Shown here in pieces: positions 15,188 to 24,761 of a DNA stretch of 41,677 bases. Below the pieces are notes generated by a model, which was not told the origin of the DNA, did no database searches, and saw only the letters and a list, made by a program, of their open reading frames with translations. Position numbers and translations under genes: made by a program. Position 1 is the first letter of the stretch. Every line of letters starts with the position of its first letter. Source of the DNA: a virus; IMG/VR virus record IMGVR_UViG_3300045988_036476, positions 1-41,677 of that record; one strand, written 5' to 3'.

Positions 15188-15613
15188 ATGGAACTCAGTT
15201 TTGATTCTGGCGTAAAAGAATATACCATTCGCGGCGTGAACGGCGTTGTAACGGTGCACTTTAACCCTGCGGATGTTAACTTTGCAAAGAAAGCATATAA
15301 AACCTTTGATGATCTGCGCAAGAAACAGGAGGCCCGTGCAAAGACGCTCGAAAAAGATATTCCCGATGATGAGCTTTTCGACATGGTCGATTCTCTCGAC
15401 AAGGAAATGCGCGGCATCATCAATGACCTGTTTGGGCAGGATATTGCCGACACTCTTTTCGGCAGTGTCAACGCTTATTCCGCAGCCAACGGCGCACCGG
15501 TATGGCAGAACTTTATGACTGCCATTATCGAGCAGTTTGACGAAGCGGTGAAGCGTGAACAGGCGCTTGCCGATGAGAAAATCCGCAAGTACACGCAAAA
15601 ATACCGCAAATGA
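15188..15613 (+). CDS. Tail assembly chaperone (gpG position)
   Basis: GGAGG RBS 5 nt before ATG 15188. Acidic helical protein upstream of the TMP. Confidence 0.65.
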   Translation: MELSFDSGVKEYTIRGVNGVVTVHFNPADVNFAKKAYKTFDDLRKKQEARAKTLEKDIPDDELFDMVDSLDKEMRGIINDLFGQDIADTLFGSVNAYSAANGAPVWQNFMTAIIEQFDEAVKREQALADEKIRKYTQKYRK

Positions 15614-16179
15614 TGTACGATCTTCCGACGTCACTGAACGTCTGCGGCGTTGATTATGCTATCCGATCGGACTATCGTGCGGCGTTGGACGTGCTTGCGG
15701 TATTTGCTGCGGTCGATTTGGACAATGGCCAAAAGGTTCTTGCTGCGCTGGATATTTTCTATCCTGATTTTTTGCAAATGCCGGACGAGCATATTCCAGA
15801 TGCGGCGAAACAGATGACATGGTTTCTCGACTGCGGCGATGAGGGCGACAACAGGAAACGCCCAAAACTGATGGATTGGGAGCAGGACTTTCAATACATT
15901 GTGGCTCCCATCAACCGCGTTGTCGGGCAAGAAATCAGGGCAATCCCGTATTTGCATTGGTGGTCATTCGTCTCGGCGTACTATGAAATCGGGGATTGCT
16001 TGTTTGCAAACATCGTGCGAATTCGAAATCTGAAAGCAAAAGGGAAAACGCTCGACAAGGCCGACCGCGAGTTTTACCGCGAGAATCGGCGCATTGTTGA
16101 CTTAAAGCGGACGCTGACCGAGGAAGAGAATAACACAATCAACGCGTGGCTGGGCAAAAAAACGCCCGACGCAAAATAG
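15610..16179 (+). CDS. Phage Gp15-like tail assembly protein (gpT position)
   Basis: Own ATG overlapping the previous stop, in the -1 frame relative to it. Contains YAIRSDYRAALDVLAVF...WEQDFQYIVAPINRV..., which resembles the Phage_Gp15 family. Confidence 0.65.
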   Translation: MMYDLPTSLNVCGVDYAIRSDYRAALDVLAVFAAVDLDNGQKVLAALDIFYPDFLQMPDEHIPDAAKQMTWFLDCGDEGDNRKRPKLMDWEQDFQYIVAPINRVVGQEIRAIPYLHWWSFVSAYYEIGDCLFANIVRIRNLKAKGKTLDKADREFYRENRRIVDLKRTLTEEENNTINAWLGKKTPDAK

Positions 16180-16188
16180 CATCGGGCG
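16155..16188 (-). terminator. Rho-independent terminator of the reverse-strand moron
   Basis: The minus strand reads CGCCCGA-tgctattttgcg-TCGGGCG followed by TTTTTTTT. It overlaps the 3' end of the plus-strand gene 15610-16179. Confidence 0.75.
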
Positions 16189-16194
16189 AAATAG

Positions 16195-16773
16195 TTACTT
16201 GTTTGCAATGAATGTAATTTCGTTTCCAGACCAAAAGTCGGGAGTAAAGCGAATTTCAATTTCTTTCCAGCTTTTGGGGACTTCGTATCCGACAACACCG
16301 GTCATTTTCTTACCGGCAGCAACGGCTCCATCTAACTGGGTTTTATCGGTTGCGATGGTGGCCGAAATGCTCAGGTTTGTCGAGTAGTCATCAACATAGG
16401 CGTTGAACGATGCGATAGAGCTAACGGCAATATCTTTATCCGACTGGTTATCAATGGAGAATTCACAAAGCAAAAACACATCGCCGTCATCAGGGGTGTT
16501 GAACTGCGATCCATTGCTTTCAGTGCAGGAATCAAACTTTACACTGATTCCGTTTAGCTCGGCAGTTTCTCCAACGCCAAACGTTTGTTTCTCTGCGGTA
16601 GGATCATCGCCCATGTCGTTTAATGCGGCGGCAATCATGCAAATGCCGAAAATAGCAATGATAATCCCCAACACCGGGTGGCGCTTTTTCTGCTTGGCTC
16701 CACACTGCGGGCAAGTGGTAGCGGATTTTGCGATAGATGCCCCGCATACCTTGCAAGTAGTCATCTTATCCAT
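16195..16773 (-). CDS. Zinc-ribbon / single-TM / DUF4352-like extracytoplasmic domain protein
   Basis: CKVCGASIAKSATTCPQCG zinc ribbon, then a TM helix (VLGIIIAIFGICMIAAAL), then ...GDVFLLCEFSIDNQSDKDIAVSS..., a DUF4352-like beta domain. Reverse orientation, own terminator, lower GC. Confidence 0.8.
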   Translation of the reverse strand: MDKMTTCKVCGASIAKSATTCPQCGAKQKKRHPVLGIIIAIFGICMIAAALNDMGDDPTAEKQTFGVGETAELNGISVKFDSCTESNGSQFNTPDDGDVFLLCEFSIDNQSDKDIAVSSIASFNAYVDDYSTNLSISATIATDKTQLDGAVAAGKKMTGVVGYEVPKSWKEIEIRFTPDFWSGNEITFIANK

Positions 16774-16851
16774 TTTTCATTCCTCCTTGCCATTATTTAT
16801 GGCTGCTTGGATGATATCACGCAAAAAACCAAAAAGCAAGAAGGTGATATT

Positions 16852-18813
16852 ATGGCTGACGGCGAAGTCGTATTTGAAGCGACTATTAGCGACAAAAAAC
16901 TCCATCAGGAGTTGAACAAAGTAAAAAGCAATATCGAATCCCTGCAAAAGGAATTCAACCGGCTCGGCGACCAGAAAACGCCGATGGAAGACCGGCTGCG
17001 CAACATCGGCGCAGAGCTGGATGCGGCAAAACAGGTGCTTGCCGATATGCGCACAGCGCCAAAAGGCACGTATGAGAAAATCGACGTGTCCGAGCAGGCC
17101 GAGCGCGTGCGAATGCTGCAAAGCGAATTTAACAAAACTGCAAATAGCATTGATAAGCTCAACGAAAAGATCAACAAAACCGGCGATAAGATTTCCGACG
17201 CGAAAACGCAGGCAGTCGAGCTAACACAGCAGATTGAGGGCAGAGCCAAAGGCGCAGGGCTGCGCAATGCAACCGAAGCGGCGGCAGATTCCATGAAAGT
17301 ATTTGGGCAGCGCTTAAAATCCGTTGTCCGCAGTGCGCTTGTGTTTACGGTTATTACTCAGGCACTATCAAAGGTGCGCGACTGGGTAAAGAACGTCGTA
17401 ATGGTAAACTCCGAGGCAAGAGAATCCATTGCGCAGCTTAAAGGAGCGCTTTTGACGTTGGCACAGCCTCTTGTAAGTGTAATTGTTCCCGCCTTTACAC
17501 TGCTTGTAAAAGTTATCACGGCAGTAGTCTCGCAGATCACGCGCCTTGTGGCGCTTATCTCCGGCAAGAGCGTCAAGGCAACTGCTAACTCAGCAAAGGC
17601 GCTGAACAAGGAAACCAATGCATTAAAGGGAACGGGCAGTGCCGCGAAGAAAGCGGCAAGTCAGCTTGCGGCGTTTGATGAGATCAACCAGATTTCCACC
17701 GATACCGCAAACGATGCGGGCGGCGGTGCATCCGCTGACGCAATCACTCCGGACTTTAGCTACATGGACGACATCAGCGACCGCTTAAAAAAAATCGCCG
17801 ATGCAGTCATGCTCATTGCGGCAGGCTTAGCGCTGTGGAAAATTAGCAGCAGCTTGCCGGGTGTGCTTGGCACTATTCTACAAAAGCTCGGCGGCATCCT
17901 CATTGCTGTTGGCGGATTGATTCTTCTGTGGGACGGTCTATCCGACGCATGGAATAACGGCGTTAACTGGGGGAATCTGCTCGAAATGCTTGCAGGTACA
18001 GCGGCGCTTGCAGGGGGGCTTGCAATTGCATTCGGCAAAGTCGGTGCGGGAATCGGCCTTGTAGTGGCTGGCGCAGCAATGATTATCACAGCGTTTAAGG
18101 ACATTTGTGATAACGGTGCAAATCTCCAAAATACGCTGTTATTGATTGCTGGCATTGTGGCAACGGGGCTGGGGTTCTTTTTCTTGACCGGTAGCGTCAT
18201 CCCACTTGTGATTGCGGGAATTGCTACGGTAGTTACCGCTGTACTTGCGCTGACTGGCAATCTGACCGAGTTTGCGAGAAACCTTAAAGATAACATCCTT
18301 GGCGGTATTATCCAGTTTATCAAGGGAGTGTTCACTGGTGACTGGAATTCTGCATGGGGTGGTGTCAAAAAGGTATTTAAAGGCATCTGGAACAGCATCG
18401 TCATTATTGCCGAAAGCGCGGTTAATGCCATTATCAAGGGATTAAACTGGCTTATCAGCAAGATCAACACGATTAAGTTTACCGTGCCGAGTTGGGTTCC
18501 TGGCATTGGCGGCAAAAGCATCGGCGGGCATCTTTCCTCGCTTTCTGAAGTACATCTTCCGCGTCTGGCAACCGGTGCAGTCATTCCGCCCAACAAGGAA
18601 TTTCTTGCTGTACTGGGCGACCAGAAGAGCGGAACGAACATCGAAACGCCACTTGCAACGATGGTCGAAGCATTTAAGCAGGCTATGGCGGAATCCGGCG
18701 GCGGTGCAACCACTGTTGTTATCCAGCTCGACGGCAAGGAGATCGCACGCAGCACCGTGAGGAACATCAACAACATGACGCGCGCGGCGGGTAAGCCCGT
18801 GCTGCTGTACTAA
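16852..18813 (+). CDS. Tape measure protein
   Basis: GAAGGTG RBS before ATG 16852. 653 aa with an N-terminal coiled coil and central hydrophobic, Gly/Ala-rich segments. Confidence 0.85.
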   Translation: MADGEVVFEATISDKKLHQELNKVKSNIESLQKEFNRLGDQKTPMEDRLRNIGAELDAAKQVLADMRTAPKGTYEKIDVSEQAERVRMLQSEFNKTANSIDKLNEKINKTGDKISDAKTQAVELTQQIEGRAKGAGLRNATEAAADSMKVFGQRLKSVVRSALVFTVITQALSKVRDWVKNVVMVNSEARESIAQLKGALLTLAQPLVSVIVPAFTLLVKVITAVVSQITRLVALISGKSVKATANSAKALNKETNALKGTGSAAKKAASQLAAFDEINQISTDTANDAGGGASADAITPDFSYMDDISDRLKKIADAVMLIAAGLALWKISSSLPGVLGTILQKLGGILIAVGGLILLWDGLSDAWNNGVNWGNLLEMLAGTAALAGGLAIAFGKVGAGIGLVVAGAAMIITAFKDICDNGANLQNTLLLIAGIVATGLGFFFLTGSVIPLVIAGIATVVTAVLALTGNLTEFARNLKDNILGGIIQFIKGVFTGDWNSAWGGVKKVFKGIWNSIVIIAESAVNAIIKGLNWLISKINTIKFTVPSWVPGIGGKSIGGHLSSLSEVHLPRLATGAVIPPNKEFLAVLGDQKSGTNIETPLATMVEAFKQAMAESGGGATTVVIQLDGKEIARSTVRNINNMTRAAGKPVLLY

Positions 18814-18824
18814 GGAGGGGTAAC

Positions 18825-19184
18825 ATGGAAGTCCTTATTATCAACGGCACGGACTACTCGTCCGCAATCGCAACGAAAGGCTACGGGTGGAGCAGAAACG
18901 ACCTTGACAGCGACAAGACCACCCGTACCAAAGACGGCAAAATGCGGCGCGACAAGATCACCACCAAGCGAAAACTGAGTTATACAACGCGCTCCGTCAA
19001 GCGTGACGTGCTGGCAAAACTTGACGACGATCTGAACAAAACCACCTGCACTGTCCAATACCTTGATTTGCATGGCGTCAGAACCAGCACGTTTTACTGC
19101 TCGTCGATGGAATGCACGCTTGAAGAAGCGGCGGACGACAATGAGGTGTGGGGCGGCGCAACGTTTAACCTGATCGAGGTGTGA
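18825..19184 (+). CDS. Distal tail component (position-based)
   Basis: AAGGAGGGG RBS. Directly downstream of the TMP. Confidence 0.6.
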   Translation: MEVLIINGTDYSSAIATKGYGWSRNDLDSDKTTRTKDGKMRRDKITTKRKLSYTTRSVKRDVLAKLDDDLNKTTCTVQYLDLHGVRTSTFYCSSMECTLEEAADDNEVWGGATFNLIEV

Positions 19185-19185
19185 C

Positions 19186-19863
19186 ATGGGGCAGACAACA
19201 AGTGCGCTGTGGCGCGAGCTACTTCACAAACCCGGAACAGAACGAGAGTACAAATTTGACGTTGCGGGCACGGAATATGGCAAAGACGCGGAAGTTTCGC
19301 ACTCCGTAGAATCCCAACTGTTTGAAGAATTCGGCATCGGAAACGCTTGCTGCGCAACATTAAAACTGGCACTGTATGCGGACAACGTACCGCGCGCTGC
19401 GACAGTCAAGCGTTATCTCAGGCTTGTTAATGGCGGTCAGGCGACAGAATGGATCCCCAAAGGCGTGTTTTTTACCAACCGCCGTTCCTGCGATGGGAAT
19501 TATTGGGAACTCGAAGCATACGACGCTATGAGGAAAGCTGACGTTGTATGGGAGCCAGACCAGTCGCTTAACTTCCCGATGGCCATGCCTGACGCTGTAA
19601 ACATCTTTTGCCGGTTGATGGGCGTGGAGCTGGACAGCCGCACAGCGCTCAATAGCTCATATACCATCGACTATCCTGCAAACGATTACACCATCCGCAA
19701 CGAGTTGTGCTTTATCGCAGCGGCGCACGGGGGGAACTGGATTATCACCGATGCAGGGAAACTATTGCTTATTCCGCTGTTGTCCATGCCGAGCGAGACA
19801 AACTATCTCATTACAGAAGCGGGCAACGCTATTACATTCGGAGGGGTGAGAATCCTTGTCTGA
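19186..19863 (+). CDS. Distal tail / baseplate component (position-based)
   Basis: GAGGTG RBS. 225 aa. Confidence 0.6.
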   Translation: MGQTTSALWRELLHKPGTEREYKFDVAGTEYGKDAEVSHSVESQLFEEFGIGNACCATLKLALYADNVPRAATVKRYLRLVNGGQATEWIPKGVFFTNRRSCDGNYWELEAYDAMRKADVVWEPDQSLNFPMAMPDAVNIFCRLMGVELDSRTALNSSYTIDYPANDYTIRNELCFIAAAHGGNWIITDAGKLLLIPLLSMPSETNYLITEAGNAITFGGVRILV

Positions 19864-21205
19864 AAAGTATTATGTCGGCAGAGACGTTACAAGTTTTTCC
19901 GACAAGGGCAAGTACAAGCCTATCTCCCGCGTAACGTTGCTTGTGGACGACGAAAATAGCCTGACGGCGGGCGATGATACCGGCATGGAGATTATCGCAA
20001 GCTGTCCTCACTCCACGCAGCCAATGGTAAACGCTTTATTGCAAACCATGAAAGGCTACCAGTATCAGTCATACGAAGCAGGCGCGGCAAACATCGATCC
20101 AGCGGCAGAGCTGGGGGATGGCGTGACAGTTGCGGGCGTGTACTCTCCGTTGTCTAAAATCTCCGACGATGGCCGCGGATATGCTGGTATTTCGTCCCCC
20201 GGAGAAGCGGAGATGGAAGACGAATATCCGTCCGATGGGTACATCACGCAGGAATTCAACCGAAAGATTGCCGAAACACGTTCGACTATCACCAAGACCA
20301 GCGAGGAAATCAACCTCAGAGTGGAGCATATCGACGGGCGGGTATCGGACATCAATCAAACGGTTGATGGAATCAGCTTATCCGTCACGTCAGCATCCAA
20401 CCCGGATGGCCAGACGACCGCGACGATCACGCTCAAAGTCGGGCCAAACAACTACACGGGCTACATCAAGCTCGACGGAAACGTGGACGTCTCCGGTCAG
20501 CTTTCGGCGGACGCGCTGTATTCCGCGCTCGGCGAGATCGCGGACTTGAGCGTCAACCGGCTGTCGACCTCTCGCCGGGTGGTCAAGTACCTCGCTGGCG
20601 ACACAACGGATGACAATTTTATTCGCGTGGCAGAGCAGAGCCTTGAGTTTGTGGCGGGCATCGCCAAGAGCACGACGGAGCAGGCCAAAAACCCCAACGG
20701 GGAGCTGATCTACTGGGAGGCAGACCCCGCGGGCGCATCTATTGGCTCGGACGGGTACCCCTACGCAAACGGCGAGCGCATTTTCACGACCACCAAGCAG
20801 ACGAGCTGGCCGGTGATGGTCTATCAGTACGAGGAGCAGGTCAAGCGCGCGATCTCGTTTGAGTCGGACGGCCAATACTACTACCCTGTGGACGTCTTCG
20901 GCGCGGGCGACAACAACGGCAAGCAGCGCGGCTACCTCGTCAAGCGACAAAACTCGCTGGAGCTGACGTACGAGACGAGCACGGGCAAACAACTCGGGCT
21001 CGCCGCGCGGGATGATGGGTATATGGATCTGATGGGGGTAAGGAAAACCGTTGGGCTTAACTTTTCCGGATGGGACAAGGGCAGCTGGGGTGTTCTGCTG
21101 GAAGGCGTTACGGAAATGCTGAATTACGGCGTCACGCTGAACAGTGCGGGAGTCCCGGTAAAGATCACATACCCGGATGGGACGGACTGCCCAATCTACT
21201 GGTAG
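19856..21205 (+). CDS. Tail-associated / baseplate protein (449 aa)
   Basis: TTG start with a GGAGGGG RBS. Position matches Tal-like proteins. Confidence 0.65.
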   Translation: MSEKYYVGRDVTSFSDKGKYKPISRVTLLVDDENSLTAGDDTGMEIIASCPHSTQPMVNALLQTMKGYQYQSYEAGAANIDPAAELGDGVTVAGVYSPLSKISDDGRGYAGISSPGEAEMEDEYPSDGYITQEFNRKIAETRSTITKTSEEINLRVEHIDGRVSDINQTVDGISLSVTSASNPDGQTTATITLKVGPNNYTGYIKLDGNVDVSGQLSADALYSALGEIADLSVNRLSTSRRVVKYLAGDTTDDNFIRVAEQSLEFVAGIAKSTTEQAKNPNGELIYWEADPAGASIGSDGYPYANGERIFTTTKQTSWPVMVYQYEEQVKRAISFESDGQYYYPVDVFGAGDNNGKQRGYLVKRQNSLELTYETSTGKQLGLAARDDGYMDLMGVRKTVGLNFSGWDKGSWGVLLEGVTEMLNYGVTLNSAGVPVKITYPDGTDCPIYW

Positions 21206-21214
21206 GAGGCGGCA

Positions 21215-22696
21215 ATGGTGATCAAACACAAAAAGAGCTTTTTAACAGGATATCTGACCGGACAGGCAATCAAGCGCGGGTTCAATGGCACGTTTGACGC
21301 GCACCGCCCGGACGGCAGCGGCACGCTGCGCGGCTATGATGCAGCCAGCTTTAAAGCAGGGCTGGCCGCGGGGCTGTGCGGAGACGGATATTTGCTGCCG
21401 TACACGCCGCCGGAGAAAAAACCTGGGATATTTGACGTCGAGGTCAACTGTGATGAGGTCATCATCGACCTGTATCTGCGCAATGCCCGCGGCGAGGCAA
21501 CCGCGCCGAGTATCTACGGACTGCAAGACATGGGGGGGTGGCTGCGGGACAACAATGTCAAGACTATCAGCGACTTCTATGCCTTCTGCGAGCGCACAGC
21601 ACCGCACTTTGGTGGGGTGTTTAGCAAGAAAAATGCAGCACGGATTACGGCATTGTTTTATAACCGCTCTTATTTGCACGAGATATGTGCAAAAAAAACT
21701 CTCCCCTTCTCCTATCTCATTCGCGATGCTTATATGGCCGGCAAGATGACCTGGGAACAGTTTATGGAAAACAAGCTTTCCGTGGATTCCCGCCTGGACA
21801 ACTGGACATTCACACTGACACATCATGTAAAAGCAAACTGCGGAGCAAGTGGCACAGCAGCTTTGACACCGGTATATGTTATTAAGACCTATGTTCTTTG
21901 CCCTGGGAGGTATAGGTTCTCATTCATTGAGACAGTGTCTCCTCCATTTGACGATGACGACACTTCTAAGGCATGGGTGGCAGTTGCTGTCCCTGGAGTG
22001 TTTGGCAATACAAGTAACCTAAAAACGAAACACAGACAAGGTGACCTTTACTATCTTGCATCTGGAGAGAGCCTCGAGTTTGACGTCCCAGTAGGGTCTA
22101 TGAAGCATTCGTACCTCTACATCAATCTGTGGCCATGGCCGCCTTTTAAGGTGGACGGATATAATGCTATGACGGATCAGGCGCACCGCAGCTATCATGC
22201 GGGGATGACTCACATTCAAACGCTTGCTATGGATCTGCAGCTTGTTGAGATCTATCCGATGCACACACCGGATAAAGAGGTAAATTTGACAAGACTGCTC
22301 CGGGCGGTTGATGCCCTCGATGATTATAGAATCAAAAACGAAGAACTCGACAGACTCGAAGATCTTACACTGGTGGATGAATACAAGCTGCTGGTCAGTG
22401 GTTCGCCACGTGATCCAAAGGTATACCGGGCGACTGCAGCAAAAACAAAACACGGTGTTGGAGAGGACGATCTGCCAAAAGCACAGATCCTCACTCTTGC
22501 AACGGTTGAAAGTGGCATGAACGAGGTAAACGCCAGTGGAGTGGAGACACCGGTCGACGCAGTATCTCTTAGCCTCGTTCTGGGGGAGGCTGCACCGGGG
22601 CTGTCTTACCAGAAACACCAGATCGCAGGAGAAAAACTGAATTTGATCAATTCGTGGACTGCTCCGATCGTACGGAGGAGGGATGAGGAGAAGTGA
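21215..22696 (+). CDS. Tail fibre / receptor-binding candidate (493 aa)
   Basis: AGGAGG RBS. Central part (~21830-22500) is visibly lower in GC. Confidence 0.6.
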   Translation: MVIKHKKSFLTGYLTGQAIKRGFNGTFDAHRPDGSGTLRGYDAASFKAGLAAGLCGDGYLLPYTPPEKKPGIFDVEVNCDEVIIDLYLRNARGEATAPSIYGLQDMGGWLRDNNVKTISDFYAFCERTAPHFGGVFSKKNAARITALFYNRSYLHEICAKKTLPFSYLIRDAYMAGKMTWEQFMENKLSVDSRLDNWTFTLTHHVKANCGASGTAALTPVYVIKTYVLCPGRYRFSFIETVSPPFDDDDTSKAWVAVAVPGVFGNTSNLKTKHRQGDLYYLASGESLEFDVPVGSMKHSYLYINLWPWPPFKVDGYNAMTDQAHRSYHAGMTHIQTLAMDLQLVEIYPMHTPDKEVNLTRLLRAVDALDDYRIKNEELDRLEDLTLVDEYKLLVSGSPRDPKVYRATAAKTKHGVGEDDLPKAQILTLATVESGMNEVNASGVETPVDAVSLSLVLGEAAPGLSYQKHQIAGEKLNLINSWTAPIVRRRDEEK

Positions 22697-22971
22697 GAAA
22701 GGCGAAAGAGACGTGCGGGGCGGTGATCGCATATACCCTCAACCTGATCGACCTGTCGTGCACGCTTTGGGCGCTGCGTCATGGAGCGGTGGAGCTAAAC
22801 CCGCTGATGCAGAGCGTGACGGTGATGGTGGGCTACAAGGTCATCATCGTGTGGGCGCTGCTGTGGTGGCTCTCTACCCGGCGGGAGAGGGCGGCGCGGT
22901 ATGCGCTATACGTTGCTGCCGTGGTCTACGGTGCGGTGGACGTGTACCATATAATCAATATTTTACGATAA
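22693..22971 (+). CDS. Small multi-TM membrane protein resembling DUF5658
   Basis: NLIDLSCTLWALRHGAVELNPLM motif plus two further hydrophobic helices. GTG start overlaps the previous stop. Confidence 0.6.
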   Translation: MRKAKETCGAVIAYTLNLIDLSCTLWALRHGAVELNPLMQSVTVMVGYKVIIVWALLWWLSTRRERAARYALYVAAVVYGAVDVYHIINILR

Positions 22972-22981
22972 GGAGGGCAAC

Positions 22982-23218
22982 ATGGACAAAACCATTGACG
23001 ATCTGCTTGCGGCGGAAACTGTAACGGCGGATGATCTCTTTGTGGCGCAGCAAAATGGGACGGCAAAAAAGGTGTCCGGTGGCACTTTGCGCAGATATTT
23101 TGGGCAGGAATCCGGGTTACCAAAGCCTGATGGCGCGGAAGAAGGCGCTTTTCTTCGCATACGGAATAAAAAATGGGTGGCGGAAACCGTGCCCGCGGCG
23201 GAAGGAGGTACGTTCTGA
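22982..23218 (+). CDS. Hypothetical tail-fibre-module protein (78 aa)
   Basis: AAGGAGGG RBS. Coupled to the next gene. Confidence 0.55.
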   Translation: MDKTIDDLLAAETVTADDLFVAQQNGTAKKVSGGTLRRYFGQESGLPKPDGAEEGAFLRIRNKKWVAETVPAAEGGTF

Positions 23219-23898
23219 TGGCGGAATATCTGGTACAGGGCGAAAGCATTACGGCAGTTGCGGACGCCATTCGCGAGAAGGGCGGGACAACCGCGCCCTT
23301 GAGCTTCCCGGCGGGGATGGCTGAGGCAGTGCGGGGCATCCCGTCTGGCGGGACTGATATCTCCCTTGGCTTGACGGCTGCAACAGTGGGCCAGACCATC
23401 AAGGTCAAGGCCGTTGACACCGAGGGAAAGCCAACTGCGTGGGAGACGGTGGATATGGCGGGCGGCGAAACGTGGGAAAAAATTGCGGAAATCGATTTCG
23501 ATGTCGATGCTGCAAACGATGTTTCCGTGTGGGAATACAATAACCTTCCAAGCTACAAAGAACTCGCGTACAGAAAAGTAAGTTTGGTTGGCAGAACTGA
23601 GACTAACTCTGGTATATCAATTTCTATCAATAGTAGCCGTCCGCAATCCAGCGGTATTGAGTATTCCAAAAAAGGCGGACAATATAGTGGTTGGGGAGAG
23701 ATTTGGCTGCTTCCATTAGGATGGGTTCATGCTTGCTTCCAAAATGCAGTCTCGCCAGATAACAACGGAATGGGTCCTTTTCAGACGGTGTATCACCCAA
23801 TCCCGTTTGACGGAGAAAGCATTACAAGCGTAAGGCTTTTCGCTCACCCGACATACAAGATTGCAGGCGGAAAGCTATTACTGTACGGGAGGAAATGA
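23218..23898 (+). CDS. Tail fibre / receptor-binding candidate with a mosaic C-terminus
   Basis: GGAAGGAGG RBS. N-terminus MAEYLVQGESITAVADAIREKGG is common in Firmicutes phage fibre-module proteins. Sharp GC drop from ~23510. Confidence 0.6.
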   Translation: MAEYLVQGESITAVADAIREKGGTTAPLSFPAGMAEAVRGIPSGGTDISLGLTAATVGQTIKVKAVDTEGKPTAWETVDMAGGETWEKIAEIDFDVDAANDVSVWEYNNLPSYKELAYRKVSLVGRTETNSGISISINSSRPQSSGIEYSKKGGQYSGWGEIWLLPLGWVHACFQNAVSPDNNGMGPFQTVYHPIPFDGESITSVRLFAHPTYKIAGGKLLLYGRK

Positions 23899-24089
23899 CG
23901 AACATGAAAATTTGTGAAAACGGCATCTACCGCGATATGACCGCTGAAGAAATCGCGGAGCTTGAAAAGTTAGCAACCGAACAGCCCGCGCCTGAACCTA
24001 CGCCAGAGGAGCGTATCGCGGCGCTGGAAAAAGACAACGCTGAGTTACGTGAGGCAATGGAGGCACTATTAAGCGGGGTGACAGCATGA
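23895..24089 (+). CDS. Hypothetical protein (64 aa)
   Basis: ATGA coupling on both sides. Confidence 0.55.
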   Translation: MTNMKICENGIYRDMTAEEIAELEKLATEQPAPEPTPEERIAALEKDNAELREAMEALLSGVTA

Positions 24090-24247
24090 GCAAGCTGAGG
24101 GAGCGAGTCATCGCGTACAACACGGAGGTCAAGACCGCACTGCAAGCAGTCTACAACGACCTCAATCGAGGGCAGCAGAAGAAACTGCTGCGCAATCCCG
24201 CCATCCGCGCCATGTTTGAGCGGTATGGCGTGGAGATTGAAGAATAA
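24086..24247 (+). CDS. Small hypothetical protein (53 aa; below the track cutoff)
   Basis: ATG 24086 overlaps the previous stop. Translation: MSKLRERVIAYNTEVKTALQAVYNDLNRGQQKKLLRNPAIRAMFERYGVEIEE. Confidence 0.45.
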   Translation: MSKLRERVIAYNTEVKTALQAVYNDLNRGQQKKLLRNPAIRAMFERYGVEIEE

Positions 24248-24266
24248 GGGAGAAAGGGAGCGGGAT

Positions 24267-24569
24267 ATGGATAATGCAAAGCACTACGATGATGCAGAGA
24301 TCGCGCTGATCGAAAGTCGATGCAAAAGCAATACGCACCGCATCAACGAGCTGGCCGAGCATCAGGCCGCGCTTGATAGGCTCGCTGCATCGGTCGAGGT
24401 GCTGGCAACAAAGCAAGAGACGGTCGAAGGCGACGTGAAAGAGATCAAAGAGGACGTGAAAGCCATCACGGGCAAGGCGGGGAAACGGTGGGACAGTCTG
24501 GTCGACAAGGCTCTCGCGGCGCTGGCGGGCGCGTTTATCGCGTGGCTGCTGTCGGGGGTAGCCTTATGA
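24267..24569 (+). CDS. XhlA-like lysis-associated membrane protein
   Basis: GGGAG RBS. N-terminal coiled coil plus a single C-terminal TM (ALAALAGAFIAWLLSGVAL). Confidence 0.65.
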   Translation: MDNAKHYDDAEIALIESRCKSNTHRINELAEHQAALDRLAASVEVLATKQETVEGDVKEIKEDVKAITGKAGKRWDSLVDKALAALAGAFIAWLLSGVAL

Positions 24570-24760
24570 AGAAGCTGAGAAAGCGGGACAAGTACGTCAT
24601 CGCGGCAGTGCTCAACCTCTGCTGGTACTGCATTGCGGTGCTCGTATTGACCGCGCATGACAAGGTAGTGCCGGACAGCCTGACCGTCGCGTGGTTCGCC
24701 GCGTGGACGGCAGAACTCGGCCTGCTGGCTGGAATCAAAATCAAGGGAAAGGACGAATAA
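24566..24760 (+). CDS. Holin-like two-TM protein
   Basis: ATGA coupling. 64 aa with two hydrophobic helices. Confidence 0.6.
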   Translation: MKKLRKRDKYVIAAVLNLCWYCIAVLVLTAHDKVVPDSLTVAWFAAWTAELGLLAGIKIKGKDE

Positions 24761-24761
24761 C

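Noticed and set aside
15577-15613. Programmed -1 frameshift joining the two tail-chaperone ORFs (gpG/gpGT style).
   Set aside because: The second ORF is in the -1 frame and open from 15577. I could not find a canonical X XXY YYZ heptamer in the zero frame (CAA AAA TAC is out of register), and the downstream ORF has its own ATG overlapping the stop. The frameshift is not excluded but is unsupported.
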